Below, piece by piece: positions 1 to 9,919 of a DNA stretch of 60,026 bases. The position numbers were made by a program, and so were the translations under genes. Origin of the DNA: a phage; sequence record PV806339.1. The stretch is one strand, 5' to 3'. Numbering within the stretch: the stretch's first letter is position 1; the number at the start of each line of letters is the position of its first letter. Below the pieces are notes generated by a model. That model worked only from the letters and a program-made list of their open reading frames with translations, searched no databases and was not told the DNA's origin.

Positions 1-288
1 ATGGCCGAGCCGATAATCAGAGAATCGAAGGTCGAAAAGCGCTGCTGCGAATACGCGCAGGGGCGCGGGTGGTGGGTGTCAAAATTCACCTCCCCCGGCA
101 AAAAAGCCGTCCCGGATCGCGTGCTGATCCGTGGCGGCATTGTGCTTTTTATCGAATTCAAACGCCCCGGCGAAGAACCAACGGCGCAGCAGTATCACCG
201 CCACAAGGAAATGCGTAAGGCCGGGGCTAACGTGACATGGGTGGACAATTTTGCAGACTTTAAAAACTACATTATCGCCTTTGAGTAG
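1..288 (+). CDS. VRR-NUC family nuclease
   Basis: 95-aa ORF. The core VPDRVLI...LFIEFKRPG looks like the PD-(D/E)xK motif of VRR-NUC domains. It follows the polymerase gene across the window junction. Confidence 0.8.
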   Translation: MAEPIIRESKVEKRCCEYAQGRGWWVSKFTSPGKKAVPDRVLIRGGIVLFIEFKRPGEEPTAQQYHRHKEMRKAGANVTWVDNFADFKNYIIAFE

Positions 289-334
289 AGCGCTCGCGTA
301 CTGCCTGCGGACGGTTAAACTGAACCGCAGCGAC

Positions 335-1810
335 ATGCACGACTATCAGGACGAAGGCGTCCAGTTCATCAAAGACCATCCGTACTGCGGCATGTTCGTA
401 GACCTCGGCTTGGGTAAGACTGTCATGACCGGGACGGCCATGCTAGACCTGATCGCGGACGGCGAAATCAACAAAGTCCTCGTCGTCGCGCCGAAGCGAG
501 TGGCCCGTACCGGGTGGCCGACGGAATTCGACGAGTGGGGGCATCTGTGCTTCTACAAGATGTCGATTATCGCCGGAAACGCCAAAGAGCGCGCAGCGGC
601 CGCGAGTAAGGACTGTCACTTCTACACGATCAGCGTGGATAACATCGCGTGGCTATGTGAGCACTTCAAGACGAAATGGCCGTTCGACGCCGTGGTGCTG
701 GACGAGTCGAGCATGTTCAAATCCCACACCTCGCAGCGCTTCAAACTGCTGCGCCGGGTGCGGAAGTACATCAAACGGATCGTCGAGTTGACGGCCACGC
801 CTGCGGCCGAAGGGTACATGGGTATCTTCTCGCAAATTTACCTGCTGGACGAAGGCGAGCGCTTTGGCTCCACCATCGGCGGTTATCAGGAAAACTACTT
901 CACGCAGAACCGCTACAACTTCAAATGGAAACTTCGCCCCGGTGCGGAAGACGAGATTATTCGGAAGATTTCTGATATATGTTTAGTCATGAAAGCGGAA
1001 GACTACCTTGACATGCACGAACCGAATTTCGTTCCTGTCCCGGTCGAGTTAGACGGGGAGACGGCCGAGCGGTACCGCATGATGGAGGAAGAGAGCCTCG
1101 TCGAGATTATGCCGGACGATTTCGATGAACATCTGGATGACCCAATCGTGATCGAAGCGGAGCAGGCCGCGTCTTTGCAGTCGAAGCTATTGCAGATGTG
1201 CTCAGGCTTCATCTACGACACGAAAATCGTTGGCATAACGCAAGACGACAAGGTCATTAAGCAGAAGGACACGTACAGGCTGCACGACCTGAAATTCGAT
1301 GCACTGGAAGAACTACTGGAAACCACGCTGGCCGATAAAAACGTGCTGATCGCCTATCACTTCAAGCCGACCCTCGAACGACTGAAAGAGCGGTTTAAAG
1401 ATCTGGTGGTCATGGATGATGACGGTAAGTGCATCAAGAAGTGGAACGCCGGAAAGATTCGACTGCTGGCCGCGCACCCTCAGTCAGCGGGACACGGTTT
1501 AAACCTCCAGCATGGCGGCCACGTCATCGTCTACATCGACAATCCGTGGTCACTCGAACGCTTCCTGCAATTCAATGGCCGATTGCACCGTCAGGGGCAG
1601 AAGTACCCGGTTACGATCTACCAGTTCAAAGCCATGCTGCGAACACCGAACGGGCTTCTGGCCGAGACGGCGGACGACGTAGTCATACAGGCGCTGGTCG
1701 AAAAGGAAGACGTGCAGGACGCGTTCTTCGAACTGCTCGAACGTATCAAAGGGCGCATCAAACGCCGCAAGAAATCGAAAAATAAAGGGGTATGGGATGA
1801 CGAAGAGTAA
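335..1810 (+). CDS. SNF2-family helicase/ATPase
   Basis: DYQ..G region, Walker A GLGKTV, DExx box VLDESSMFK, C-terminal helicase motif HPQSAGHGLNLQ. The ORF opens at 251 but overlaps VRR-NUC. The first ATG after that gene's stop is 335, so the start is uncertain. Ends ...VWDDEE. Confidence 0.85.
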   Translation: MHDYQDEGVQFIKDHPYCGMFVDLGLGKTVMTGTAMLDLIADGEINKVLVVAPKRVARTGWPTEFDEWGHLCFYKMSIIAGNAKERAAAASKDCHFYTISVDNIAWLCEHFKTKWPFDAVVLDESSMFKSHTSQRFKLLRRVRKYIKRIVELTATPAAEGYMGIFSQIYLLDEGERFGSTIGGYQENYFTQNRYNFKWKLRPGAEDEIIRKISDICLVMKAEDYLDMHEPNFVPVPVELDGETAERYRMMEEESLVEIMPDDFDEHLDDPIVIEAEQAASLQSKLLQMCSGFIYDTKIVGITQDDKVIKQKDTYRLHDLKFDALEELLETTLADKNVLIAYHFKPTLERLKERFKDLVVMDDDGKCIKKWNAGKIRLLAAHPQSAGHGLNLQHGGHVIVYIDNPWSLERFLQFNGRLHRQGQKYPVTIYQFKAMLRTPNGLLAETADDVVIQALVEKEDVQDAFFELLERIKGRIKRRKKSKNKGVWDDEE

Positions 1811-2366
1811 TGCGCCACTGGCAACCCGGAATCGCCGCTCTAATGCGCCGGACGCCGATACCGAAGCGATGATCTTTCAGGGCTGCAACATCACGCAACT
1901 GGCGAAGCTGTTTCGCATGGAGCGCCGGGACATCACGCCGAAAATCATGGATGTCCCGCCTGTCGGCGAGCGTGGCGGGTACCCGATCTACGCGGTTCAC
2001 GAAGTGGCCCCGTACCTCGTTAAGCCGCTGTACGATGTCGAGACGTACCTGCGCCGCATGAATTTCAAGGATCTGCCGAAGGAGTTGTCGAAAGAGTTTT
2101 GGGCCGGGCAGCGTGCAAAGCAGGACTTCGACATCAAAGCGGGAAACCTGTGGGAAACCGAGAAGGTGATCGAGCACTTCGGCGAGGCGGTGAAGGTGCT
2201 GCGCATGTCGATGTTGCTCATTCCCGACACGCTGGCGCGTCAGGCCGGACTCAGCGAGCCGCAACGTCAGGTCATCACGTCATCCATTGACGCCATGCTG
2301 AACGACCTGTCGAGCGCGCTGATCGATAAGTTCAACGGCGACGAGGTGGATGACGATGAAGTTTAA
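1797..2366 (+). CDS. terminase small subunit, lambda Nu1-like
   Basis: The N-terminal winged-HTH-like segment NITQLAKLFRMERRDITPKIMDVPPVGERGGYPIYAVHEVAPYL parallels the lambda Nu1 N-terminus. It overlaps the start of the large terminase gene. Ends DDDEV. Confidence 0.7.
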   Translation: MTKSNAPLATRNRRSNAPDADTEAMIFQGCNITQLAKLFRMERRDITPKIMDVPPVGERGGYPIYAVHEVAPYLVKPLYDVETYLRRMNFKDLPKELSKEFWAGQRAKQDFDIKAGNLWETEKVIEHFGEAVKVLRMSMLLIPDTLARQAGLSEPQRQVITSSIDAMLNDLSSALIDKFNGDEVDDDEV

Positions 2367-4431
2367 GAGCATCGGGCAGATTATCAGTTCGGTGGCCGAG
2401 CAGTTACGGCCGCCAATGCGCATGACGGTGGCCGACGCGGCCGCCAAGTATCGCTACGTCAACCAACCCGGCGCATACGTCGGGGATTGGCTTAACTCGA
2501 CGACGCCGTACATGGTCGAGCCGATGAACATGATGAACAGCCGGGCGTACGACAAGATGGCCTTTGTCGGCCCGGCGCAGTCCGGTAAAACCGATGCGCT
2601 GATCCTGAATAGCATTGTCTATTCGGTGAAAGTTGACCCGATGGATCTGATGGTCTACTGCCCGACGTCAACGGCCGCGCGCGACTTCTCGATGCGACGT
2701 GTAGACCGTCTTCACCGCCATAGCCCGAAGGTGGGCGAAATGCTGATGAAGAACCGCGACGCCGACAACAAATTCGACAAACACTACGTCACAGGCATCA
2801 TCCTGACGTTGAGTTATCCGTCAGTAACCGAACTGGCCGGGCGTCCCGTTGGCCGCATCATCATCACCGACTACGACCGTATTGACGACGACATCGGTGG
2901 CGACGGTAACGCCTTCGACCTCGCATCAAAACGTACGACGACCTTCGGGTCGTTTGCCATGTGTGCAGCCGAGTCATCACCATCGCGCCCGATTAAAGAC
3001 CCAAGCTGGATTAAGCGCACGCCCCACGAAGCCCCGCCGTGTGACGGGATTGTCGGCCTGTACAACCGAGGCGACCGCCGCCGCTGGAAATGGCCGTGTC
3101 CGCATTGCGACCAGTATTTCGAAGGTACCTTCCAGCTTTTGAAGTGGAACACGAAAGACGCCGATGGCAACCCTCTAACCAACCTCGAAAAGTCGGAGAC
3201 AGTGCGCATGGCCTGTCCACACTGCGGCTGCGAAATAGACCCGGTTGATAAGTATGAAATGAACCTGTGGGGGATGTGGGTGCCGGAAGGCTGTCATGTC
3301 AACGAGTTGGGCCAACTGGCCGGGGTACCGATGCGCTCGTCGTTCGCGTCCTTCTGGCTTCGCGGAACGGCGGCCGCATTCATCACATGGCAGAAACTGG
3401 TTCTGAACTACCTCGATGCGATGGATGACTACGAGCGTACGATGTCCGAAGAGTCCTTGAAGAAATTCTGGAACAACGACATGGGCGAACCGTACGTGCC
3501 GAAGGCGATCGAGACGGTACGCGTTCCGGAAGCGCTGAAAGCCCGCGCCGAGAAGTGGCCGGAACAGACGGTGCCGAAGAATGTGCGGTTCTTGGCGGCC
3601 ACGGTGGACGTGCAGAAGCATAGCTTTGAAGTGTCGGTGCATGGCGTGGCCCCCGGCTACCCATTCGACACCTACCTGATCGACCGCTTCAACATCACGA
3701 AATCGCGCCGACTCGATGACGATGGCGACCCGAAAATCCTGCACCCGGGCGCGTACCTCGAAGATTGGGATCTCATTGAAACCGAAGTGATGAACAAGAC
3801 GTATCCGCTGTCCGATAATTCGGGCCGTTCGCTGCCGATCAAGATGACCGCGTGCGACTCCGGTGGTGAAGCCGGGGTAACGGGCAACGCGTACGAATTC
3901 TTCCGGAAACTGCGGAAGGAAGGGAAAACCGGGCGCTTCTGTCTGGTGAAGGGCGACCCGAAAGCGAACAACCCGCGCACCCGTGTAGCGCTACCGGACT
4001 CCAACCAGAAAGACAAGAAAGCCATCGCACGCGGCGACGTTCCGGTGCTGATGATTAACTCGAACGTGATGAAAGACAGCCTGAACGGCCGACTGGACGT
4101 CGTGGAGCCGGGCAAAGGCATGTACCACATCCCGGACTGGATGGGCGACGCGGTATTCGCCGAACTGTGTACGGAGACGCGTGACGAGAAAGGCTGGCAC
4201 AACCCATCCCACGCCCGAAACGAAACGTGGGACTTGGCATATTATTTATTGGGAATTTGCGTCAGTGGCCGCGTGCTCGGGATTGAGCAGATAGATTGGG
4301 ATAACCCGCCATCATGGGCGGCCGAGTGGGACGATAACAGCATGGTTATTTTACCGCAGAGCGATGAACCTATTGATGCACCGAAAGATACCGAATACAG
4401 TTTCGAGAAACTCGCAATGGCGTTAGCATAG
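2350..4431 (+). CDS. terL: terminase large subunit, lambda gpA-like
   Basis: 693 aa. Walker A VGPAQSGKT, paired CPHC motifs (CPHCDQYF, CPHCGCEI), and position between the TerS-like and W/portal-like genes. Confidence 0.9.
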   Translation: MTMKFKSIGQIISSVAEQLRPPMRMTVADAAAKYRYVNQPGAYVGDWLNSTTPYMVEPMNMMNSRAYDKMAFVGPAQSGKTDALILNSIVYSVKVDPMDLMVYCPTSTAARDFSMRRVDRLHRHSPKVGEMLMKNRDADNKFDKHYVTGIILTLSYPSVTELAGRPVGRIIITDYDRIDDDIGGDGNAFDLASKRTTTFGSFAMCAAESSPSRPIKDPSWIKRTPHEAPPCDGIVGLYNRGDRRRWKWPCPHCDQYFEGTFQLLKWNTKDADGNPLTNLEKSETVRMACPHCGCEIDPVDKYEMNLWGMWVPEGCHVNELGQLAGVPMRSSFASFWLRGTAAAFITWQKLVLNYLDAMDDYERTMSEESLKKFWNNDMGEPYVPKAIETVRVPEALKARAEKWPEQTVPKNVRFLAATVDVQKHSFEVSVHGVAPGYPFDTYLIDRFNITKSRRLDDDGDPKILHPGAYLEDWDLIETEVMNKTYPLSDNSGRSLPIKMTACDSGGEAGVTGNAYEFFRKLRKEGKTGRFCLVKGDPKANNPRTRVALPDSNQKDKKAIARGDVPVLMINSNVMKDSLNGRLDVVEPGKGMYHIPDWMGDAVFAELCTETRDEKGWHNPSHARNETWDLAYYLLGICVSGRVLGIEQIDWDNPPSWAAEWDDNSMVILPQSDEPIDAPKDTEYSFEKLAMALA

Positions 4432-4441
4432 GAGAACCACC

Positions 4442-4696
4442 ATGACACCCGAAGAATGCCGCGCGCAATATCGCCTCATGCTCAAAGAAGCGATGGATGC
4501 GTACCACCAATTAAACCTCGGCGGCTCGGTGCGCGTCGTGGTGGATCAGAACAGTGAACGCGTGGAATATACCGCAGCGAACCGACAAAGCCTATGGGCC
4601 TACATCGTTCGACTGCAAAACGCGATTAATTCGGACAACCCTTGCGCGGCCTTCATGGGCCTACCAAGTTCACCAGCAGGATTCTTATTCCCATGA
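4442..4696 (+). CDS. head-tail joining protein, lambda gpW-like
   Basis: 84 aa. The pattern ...GGSVRVVVDQNSERVEYTAANRQSLWAYIVRLQ parallels gpW (...[25 protein letters not shown]). Sits between terL and the portal gene. Confidence 0.65.
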   Translation: MTPEECRAQYRLMLKEAMDAYHQLNLGGSVRVVVDQNSERVEYTAANRQSLWAYIVRLQNAINSDNPCAAFMGLPSSPAGFLFP

Positions 4697-6372
4697 CCGA
4701 GAAAAAGAGAAGCACTACACAACGGGCGAAGAAAGCGGCAAAGACCGCCGACGTCGCTACGTTGGACGCCACGCCGCAGAATCCTTCGGCACTCGGTGGC
4801 GGCTTAGAGGGGGCTGAACGGAACACGCGTGAAATGTTCCGCTGGACGCCTGCCATCATTTCACCAGACCAGCAGATCGCCCAAGACGGTACGCTGGCGC
4901 TTTCGCGTGCGCAGGACATCGTACAGAACGATGGCTACGCATTTGGCGCGGTGGCGATTCACCGTGACAGCGTCGTCGGCTCGCAGTACAAACTCAACTC
5001 GAAACCGAATTCGCTGGTGCTCGGCGCGCCGGAAGGTTGGGCGGATGAATTTCAGGAGGTAGTCGAGGCGCGCTTCAACATGGTGGCCGAGTCTCCTGAA
5101 AACTGGTTCGATGCCCGCCGGATGAACACGCTGACCGGGCTTGTCCGTCTGGCCGTTGGCGGCTTCATCATGACCGGGGAAGTTCTGGCGTCATGCGAGT
5201 GGATGAAGCCGAAGGGAACCCGTATGCAGCGCCGTCCGTTCGGCACTGCGATCCAGATGATTTCGCCGTACCGTCTGTCCAACCCGGACAACATCATGGA
5301 CGACAAGTATCTGCGCTCCGGCGTCAAACTGGATGAAATGGGCGCTCCGATCGGCTACTGGCTGCGTAAAGCGTTCCCGGGCGACCCGACTGACCTCGAA
5401 CAATGGCGATGGGAATACCAGCCCGCTCGCTTCGATTGGGGCCGACGTCGGATGATCCACATCATCGAAGCGCTGCTGCCGGGCCAGACTCGCGGTATCA
5501 GTGAAATGGTCGCAGCGTTGAAGCAGATGAAGATGACCCGAAACTTTCAGGAAGTCACGCTGCAAAACGCCATCGTCAACGCGACCTACGCGGCCGCCAT
5601 CGAATCAGAATTGCCGTCTGACGTGGTCTTCAATCAGATGGGGATGGGACAGACGCCGTTCGGCGACATCCTGAAAACCTACATGGGGAGTCTGGCCGAG
5701 TACATCGCCGGATCGAAAAACATCGCAATCGACGGGGCGAAAATCCCGCACCTGTTCCCCGGTACGAAACTGAAAATGCAGCCCGCAGGAACGCCGGGCG
5801 GAGTCGGAACCGATTATGAAGAATCGTTGCTCAGGAACATCGCCGCATCACTCGGCCTTTCGTACGAGCAGTTCAGCCGCGACTATACGAAAACGAACTA
5901 CTCTTCTGCCCGCGCTTCGATGGCTGAAACGTGGAAGTACATGGAAAGCCGTAAAAAGCTGGTAGCCGACCGTTTCGCGTCGATGATTTATACGTTGTGG
6001 TTGGAAGAAGAGGTTAACGCTGGTAATGTTCCACTGCCGCCGGGCTTCACTTGGCGCGACTTCTACGACCCGATGAAACGTGACGCGCTTTGCAACGCAG
6101 AATGGATCGGCGCGAGTCGCGGCCAGATCGACGAGAAGAAAGAAACCGAAGCCGCTATCCTTCGCATCAAGAATGGCCTGTCAACGTACGAAGCAGAAAT
6201 CGCCCGCCTCGGTGGGGACTTCCGCGAAGTATTCAAACAGCGCGCCCGCGAAGAAGGCATCATCAAAGATTTGGGCCTTGATTTCTCCGGCAAGATGGTC
6301 GAAGGGACGGAGGCAAGCGGTTCAACTGGCAGCACTGGCTCGGACAACAACGAAGAGGATACGAAGGAATGA
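4693..6372 (+). CDS. portal protein, lambda gpB-like
   Basis: About 560 aa, placed after the W-like gene and before the S49 protease gene, as in lambda. Start taken at the ATGA overlap with the W-like stop (the ORF opens at 4642). Confidence 0.8.
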   Translation: MTEKKRSTTQRAKKAAKTADVATLDATPQNPSALGGGLEGAERNTREMFRWTPAIISPDQQIAQDGTLALSRAQDIVQNDGYAFGAVAIHRDSVVGSQYKLNSKPNSLVLGAPEGWADEFQEVVEARFNMVAESPENWFDARRMNTLTGLVRLAVGGFIMTGEVLASCEWMKPKGTRMQRRPFGTAIQMISPYRLSNPDNIMDDKYLRSGVKLDEMGAPIGYWLRKAFPGDPTDLEQWRWEYQPARFDWGRRRMIHIIEALLPGQTRGISEMVAALKQMKMTRNFQEVTLQNAIVNATYAAAIESELPSDVVFNQMGMGQTPFGDILKTYMGSLAEYIAGSKNIAIDGAKIPHLFPGTKLKMQPAGTPGGVGTDYEESLLRNIAASLGLSYEQFSRDYTKTNYSSARASMAETWKYMESRKKLVADRFASMIYTLWLEEEVNAGNVPLPPGFTWRDFYDPMKRDALCNAEWIGASRGQIDEKKETEAAILRIKNGLSTYEAEIARLGGDFREVFKQRAREEGIIKDLGLDFSGKMVEGTEASGSTGSTGSDNNEEDTKE

Positions 6373-7685
6373 GCAACCACGTAAGAGCGAGCGTCTCAAT
6401 GGCGCTCAGTCGAATGAACGGCCAGCCGATCGCCATTCGCGAGAATGACCCGACGCTGCTGACCAACATGCAGCAGATGATGTCCTGCGATGACGAAGAT
6501 TTTCAGGAGCGCGCTGAACAGCAGATGCGCGAAAACCTGTGTGCAGCGTACGGCGTTGGCCGACCGTCTGCGGACAAGCCTTTCGCCTTCTCGAACGGCC
6601 TCGCCATCATCCCGATTCACGGCACCCTGATTAACCGCTATGGCGGGTATTACTACGGCTACGTGACGGGCTACAATTTTATCCGCAGTCAGCGTAATGC
6701 AGCGCTGGCCGACCCAGATGTCGAGGCTATCATCTACGACGTTAACTCGAACGGCGGGGAAGCAGCAGGCTGTTTCGAGCTGTCACAGGAAATGTTTGAT
6801 ACACGCGGCGAGAAACCTTCGCTGGCGGTTGTCGATTCAAACTGCTATTCTGCGGCATATGCGTTGGCGAGCGCAGCGGATAAAATCGTTGTAACGCCGT
6901 CCGGCGGTGCCGGAAGCATCGGTGTTATCGCCCTCCACATCGACATGTCGAAGATGTTGGCGGACATCGGTATCACCGTGAATATCATCAAGTCCGGGGA
7001 GCACAAAGCCGACGGCAACCCGTACGAACCAATGAGCGATGAAGTACGAGCAGACTGGCAAGCGAGCGTAGATTCAATGCGTACCGACTTCGTCAATCTT
7101 GTCGCTCAAAACAGGGATTTAGATCCGAAAGTGGTGCGCGACACCGAAGCGATGTGCTATAACGCTGGTGAAGCGATGTCAATCGGTCTAATTGACGCGG
7201 TATCAACGCCTTCGAAGGCTGTTACCGAATTCCTCAACGGGCCGTCCGATAACAGCCCGGATCACTCAGGAGCGAACGCAATGAGCTTTACGCAAGAAGA
7301 AATGGACGCAGCCCGCGCAGAGGCGGCGACCAACGAACGAACCCGCATTGCCGGGATCATGGGCTGTGATGCAGCGGCTAACCGTACCAAACTGGCAAAC
7401 CACATCGCCTTCAACACGAATATGTCCGTTGAAGACGCGACTGCAATGCTGACCAATTCCGCCGAAGAACCGAAAGCCGCTGTTACGACTACCGTCGTTG
7501 ACGCTGCTGCGCCGGGTAAAACCGGAACCGAAGCGAAGGGTGACAGCCCGTTCGATTCAGTGATGGCAAGCGCGGAACATCCTAACGCTGGTGCCGATGC
7601 AGGCAACGAGCAGGAAGGCGCGAAAGAAACGGCTGGCCTGATGGCGGCAATGACCGCTGTCGCTGGCAACAACATGGCTAAGTAA
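6369..7685 (+). CDS. prohead protease, S49/SppA family, lambda gpC-like
   Basis: ClpP/SppA-type segments IIYDVNSNGGEAAG and SAAYALASAADKIVVTPSGGAGSIGV. ATGA overlap with the portal gene. The C-terminal third is Ala/Glu-rich. Confidence 0.85.
   Translation: MSNHVRASVSMALSRMNGQPIAIRENDPTLLTNMQQMMSCDDEDFQERAEQQMRENLCAAYGVGRPSADKPFAFSNGLAIIPIHGTLINRYGGYYYGYVTGYNFIRSQRNAALADPDVEAIIYDVNSNGGEAAGCFELSQEMFDTRGEKPSLAVVDSNCYSAAYALASAADKIVVTPSGGAGSIGVIALHIDMSKMLADIGITVNIIKSGEHKADGNPYEPMSDEVRADWQASVDSMRTDFVNLVAQNRDLDPKVVRDTEAMCYNAGEAMSIGLIDAVSTPSKAVTEFLNGPSDNSPDHSGANAMSFTQEEMDAARAEAATNERTRIAGIMGCDAAANRTKLANHIAFNTNMSVEDATAMLTNSAEEPKAAVTTTVVDAAAPGKTGTEAKGDSPFDSVMASAEHPNAGADAGNEQEGAKETAGLMAAMTAVAGNNMAK
7281..7685 (+). 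CDS. nested in-frame scaffolding protein (lambda Nu3-like arrangement)
   Basis: Internal in-frame ATG at 7281, preceded by AGGAG (7268-7272) at 8-nt spacing. It encodes the Ala/Glu-rich C-terminal part of the protease ORF, mirroring lambda C/Nu3. Confidence 0.5.
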   Translation: MSFTQEEMDAARAEAATNERTRIAGIMGCDAAANRTKLANHIAFNTNMSVEDATAMLTNSAEEPKAAVTTTVVDAAAPGKTGTEAKGDSPFDSVMASAEHPNAGADAGNEQEGAKETAGLMAAMTAVAGNNMAK

Positions 7686-7699
7686 TAGGGGATCTTCGG

Positions 7700-8119
7700 A
7701 TGAATCTTTTGACTATGATGGCCGCCTCCAGCCTGCCTAACTATCTGGCTGGAAACGGCGACCTCGGCTCTTGGGAGCCAACCCAAATCTTCGCAGGTGA
7801 AGCGGATATTGTGACCGAAGGCGGTGCCGCTGGCGCTGACATCGAGATCTATCAGGTTATCGCGAAGAACGCCGCTGGCGCTATGGTGCCACATGACCCG
7901 ACTGCGACCACTGGCACGTCTCCGGACGAAGTACCAGCACCGCAGTCTGTGGCTATCGGTATCGCAGCGCAGCCCGCGAAGTCCGGCCAGAACGTGCCGT
8001 ACTACATCGGTGGTGTATTCAACCACGCTGCCCTCGGTTGGCACGCGTCGCTTGATACGCTGGCAAAACGTCAGGCGGTCTTCGACCGTACTAACATCCA
8101 CATCGGCAATCTGTACTAA
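7700..8119 (+). CDS. head decoration protein, lambda gpD-like
   Basis: 139 aa between the protease and capsid genes. The C-terminal pattern VAIGIAAQ...YYIGGVFNHAALGW...AVFDRTNIHIG parallels gpD. Confidence 0.7.
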   Translation: MNLLTMMAASSLPNYLAGNGDLGSWEPTQIFAGEADIVTEGGAAGADIEIYQVIAKNAAGAMVPHDPTATTGTSPDEVPAPQSVAIGIAAQPAKSGQNVPYYIGGVFNHAALGWHASLDTLAKRQAVFDRTNIHIGNLY

Positions 8120-8131
8120 GGAGCAGCGCAA

Positions 8132-9196
8132 ATGGCTGGACTTTACACTACTTACCAACTGCTCGAAGTACAGCGCAAGCTGAAAACGCTGCCTGCGTTC
8201 TTCCTGCAATGGTTCCCGCGCCAGATTAACTTTCAGGAAGACATGATTGCCTTCGATAAAGTTATTCAGGACGTAACCCGCGTCGCTCCGTTCGTTGCAC
8301 CCAACGTACAGGGCCGCGTGATCAAAGAAAGCGGCTACAACACGAAGACTTTTAAACCTGCCTACGTGAAGCCGAAACATGTCATCGACCCTAACATGAT
8401 CATCCCGCGTCAGCCGGGTGAAGCGTTGGGTACTGGCACCCTGTCTATCGCGCAGCGCCGCGACCGTGTCATCGCATATCTGCTGATGAAACACCGCGCC
8501 ATGCACGAAAATACGTGGGAATGGATGGCGGCGCAGGCTGCGCAATACGGTTACGTTGACGTTCAGGGTCAGGACTACCCGCTGGTGCGTGTAGACTTCG
8601 GCCGTGATGCAGCGCTGACCATGACAACCGACTGGACTGCCAGCGGCGTCACCCTGATGGACATGATTGCTGACCTGCGTGACGGTCAACGTCTGGTGTC
8701 CGATAAGTCCATGTCCGGCACCGTGATCCGCGACTACGTCTTCGGCGGCGACGCTTGGGATCAGTTCGTCAAGGTCGGCGGTAAAGAACTGTGGGGCAAA
8801 GACGGCCTGATGGACTCAACCATCCGTGGGTCTGAAACCAACGTTACCCGCCTGTGGGACGACGTGGAAGGCGTTCAGTACATGGGCGAACTGGTAGGGG
8901 CTAACGGTGCTGGCCGTATGCGTATTTGGGTGAACACTCAGAAATACCGCGACCAGAACGACCAAGAACAGTTCCTGATGAAGCAGAAGGCGGTAATGGG
9001 TATTTCCTCGGCGATCGAGGGCGTACGTTGCTTCGGCGCGATTCTGGACAAAGGTGCGGGCTATCAGGCGCTTGATTACTTCCCGAAAATGTGGGATCAG
9101 GAAGACCCGAGTGTGGAATACCTGATGTCTCAGGGCGCACCACTGATGGTTCCGGCCGACCCGAACGCGTCGTTCCTGCTGACCGTGATGTCCTAA
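8132..9196 (+). CDS. major capsid protein, lambda gpE-like
   Basis: 354 aa. The N-terminus TYQLLEVQRKLKTLPAFFLQWFP...FDKV is characteristic of the lambda E family. Position fits. Confidence 0.9.
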   Translation: MAGLYTTYQLLEVQRKLKTLPAFFLQWFPRQINFQEDMIAFDKVIQDVTRVAPFVAPNVQGRVIKESGYNTKTFKPAYVKPKHVIDPNMIIPRQPGEALGTGTLSIAQRRDRVIAYLLMKHRAMHENTWEWMAAQAAQYGYVDVQGQDYPLVRVDFGRDAALTMTTDWTASGVTLMDMIADLRDGQRLVSDKSMSGTVIRDYVFGGDAWDQFVKVGGKELWGKDGLMDSTIRGSETNVTRLWDDVEGVQYMGELVGANGAGRMRIWVNTQKYRDQNDQEQFLMKQKAVMGISSAIEGVRCFGAILDKGAGYQALDYFPKMWDQEDPSVEYLMSQGAPLMVPADPNASFLLTVMS

Positions 9197-9226
9197 TAAC
9201 CCGTAATTCAAACCTACGATCCGCCT

Positions 9227-9256
9227 GTACCGGGCGGGTCGCTTTGAGGAAAGAGC
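9227..9256 (+). terminator. weak hairpin after the capsid gene (attenuator or RNA stabiliser)
   Basis: cgatccgcctg-tac-cgggcgggtcg forms an 11-bp stem with two G-U pairs, followed by only a short cttt tract. Confidence 0.35.
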
Positions 9257-9257
9257 C

Positions 9258-9551
9258 ATGCCAAAACGTAAAGTTCTCCAGACCGTCATCGTTTACCGCG
9301 ACGGCGCGCGTATCAAACCGTCCATCGGCGAGATCTTCGATTTCAAACAAGCCGAACTGGACAGCATCAACAAAATCAACCCGGATGCCATCGGCCGCCC
9401 GGTGATGGAAGTTGACGTTGAAAATCAGGCTGCACAGGAAGCCGCAGCGCAGCAGGCGAAAGCTGACGCGTCCAAAAAAGACGAGAAGGCTGACGGTGCT
9501 AAGAAAAACGCCAAAGACGATAAAAAGTCTGGCGCGGAAGATGAAGTCTAA
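9258..9551 (+). CDS. hypothetical head/packaging-associated protein (occupies the lambda FI position)
   Basis: 97 aa with an AGGA-type SD. The C-terminal half is Lys/Ala/Asp-rich and probably disordered. Ends ...SGAEDEV. Confidence 0.75.
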   Translation: MPKRKVLQTVIVYRDGARIKPSIGEIFDFKQAELDSINKINPDAIGRPVMEVDVENQAAQEAAAQQAKADASKKDEKADGAKKNAKDDKKSGAEDEV

Positions 9552-9553
9552 TC

Positions 9554-9919
9554 ATGGCTTCTAACTTCGCCGCAATTAAAGCGAAGGCTCGCAGGGACGT
9601 ACATGCGTCCCTGTCTGTCGCTGCTCGCTATGAGAATTATGCGCAGGATGTCATCGTAGACGACATTAGCGTCCGCTGGCACAACAAGATCGCCATCATG
9701 GGCGACTTGGAAAACGGTGGTTACGCTAACGTTATCGAGGGCATCGAGCGCATCATTTTTATGCGTGACGAGTTAAATGCAAAAGGGATCATGCTGTCCG
9801 AAGGCGATAGCATCATCATGACGGCCGAGGGGTACGAGAACGCCCGTTTGGTACTCAAAACGCAGGAACCTATCGTCGGGCCAGTGGAAATCGTCTGGCA
9901 GGTGGCGAGGGCCGACTGA
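9554..9919 (+). CDS. head-tail adaptor, lambda FII-like
   Basis: 121 aa. Assigned by size, position and a C-terminal pattern (IFMRDEL...GDSIIM...VWQV) similar to gpFII. Confidence 0.5.
   Translation: MASNFAAIKAKARRDVHASLSVAARYENYAQDVIVDDISVRWHNKIAIMGDLENGGYANVIEGIERIIFMRDELNAKGIMLSEGDSIIMTAEGYENARLVLKTQEPIVGPVEIVWQVARAD

Noticed and set aside
251-334. Upstream extension of the SNF2 ORF
   Set aside because: It would overlap the VRR-NUC gene by 38 nt, and it encodes non-conserved-looking sequence ahead of the DYQ motif. The start at 335 is preferred but remains uncertain because no good SD precedes it.
7262-8689. 475-aa ORF on the minus strand
   Set aside because: It lies entirely antisense to the well-supported protease, decoration and capsid genes. 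It has no SD or operon context. Its Arg/His/Val-rich, low-complexity translation is typical of the antisense frame of GC-rich coding DNA.
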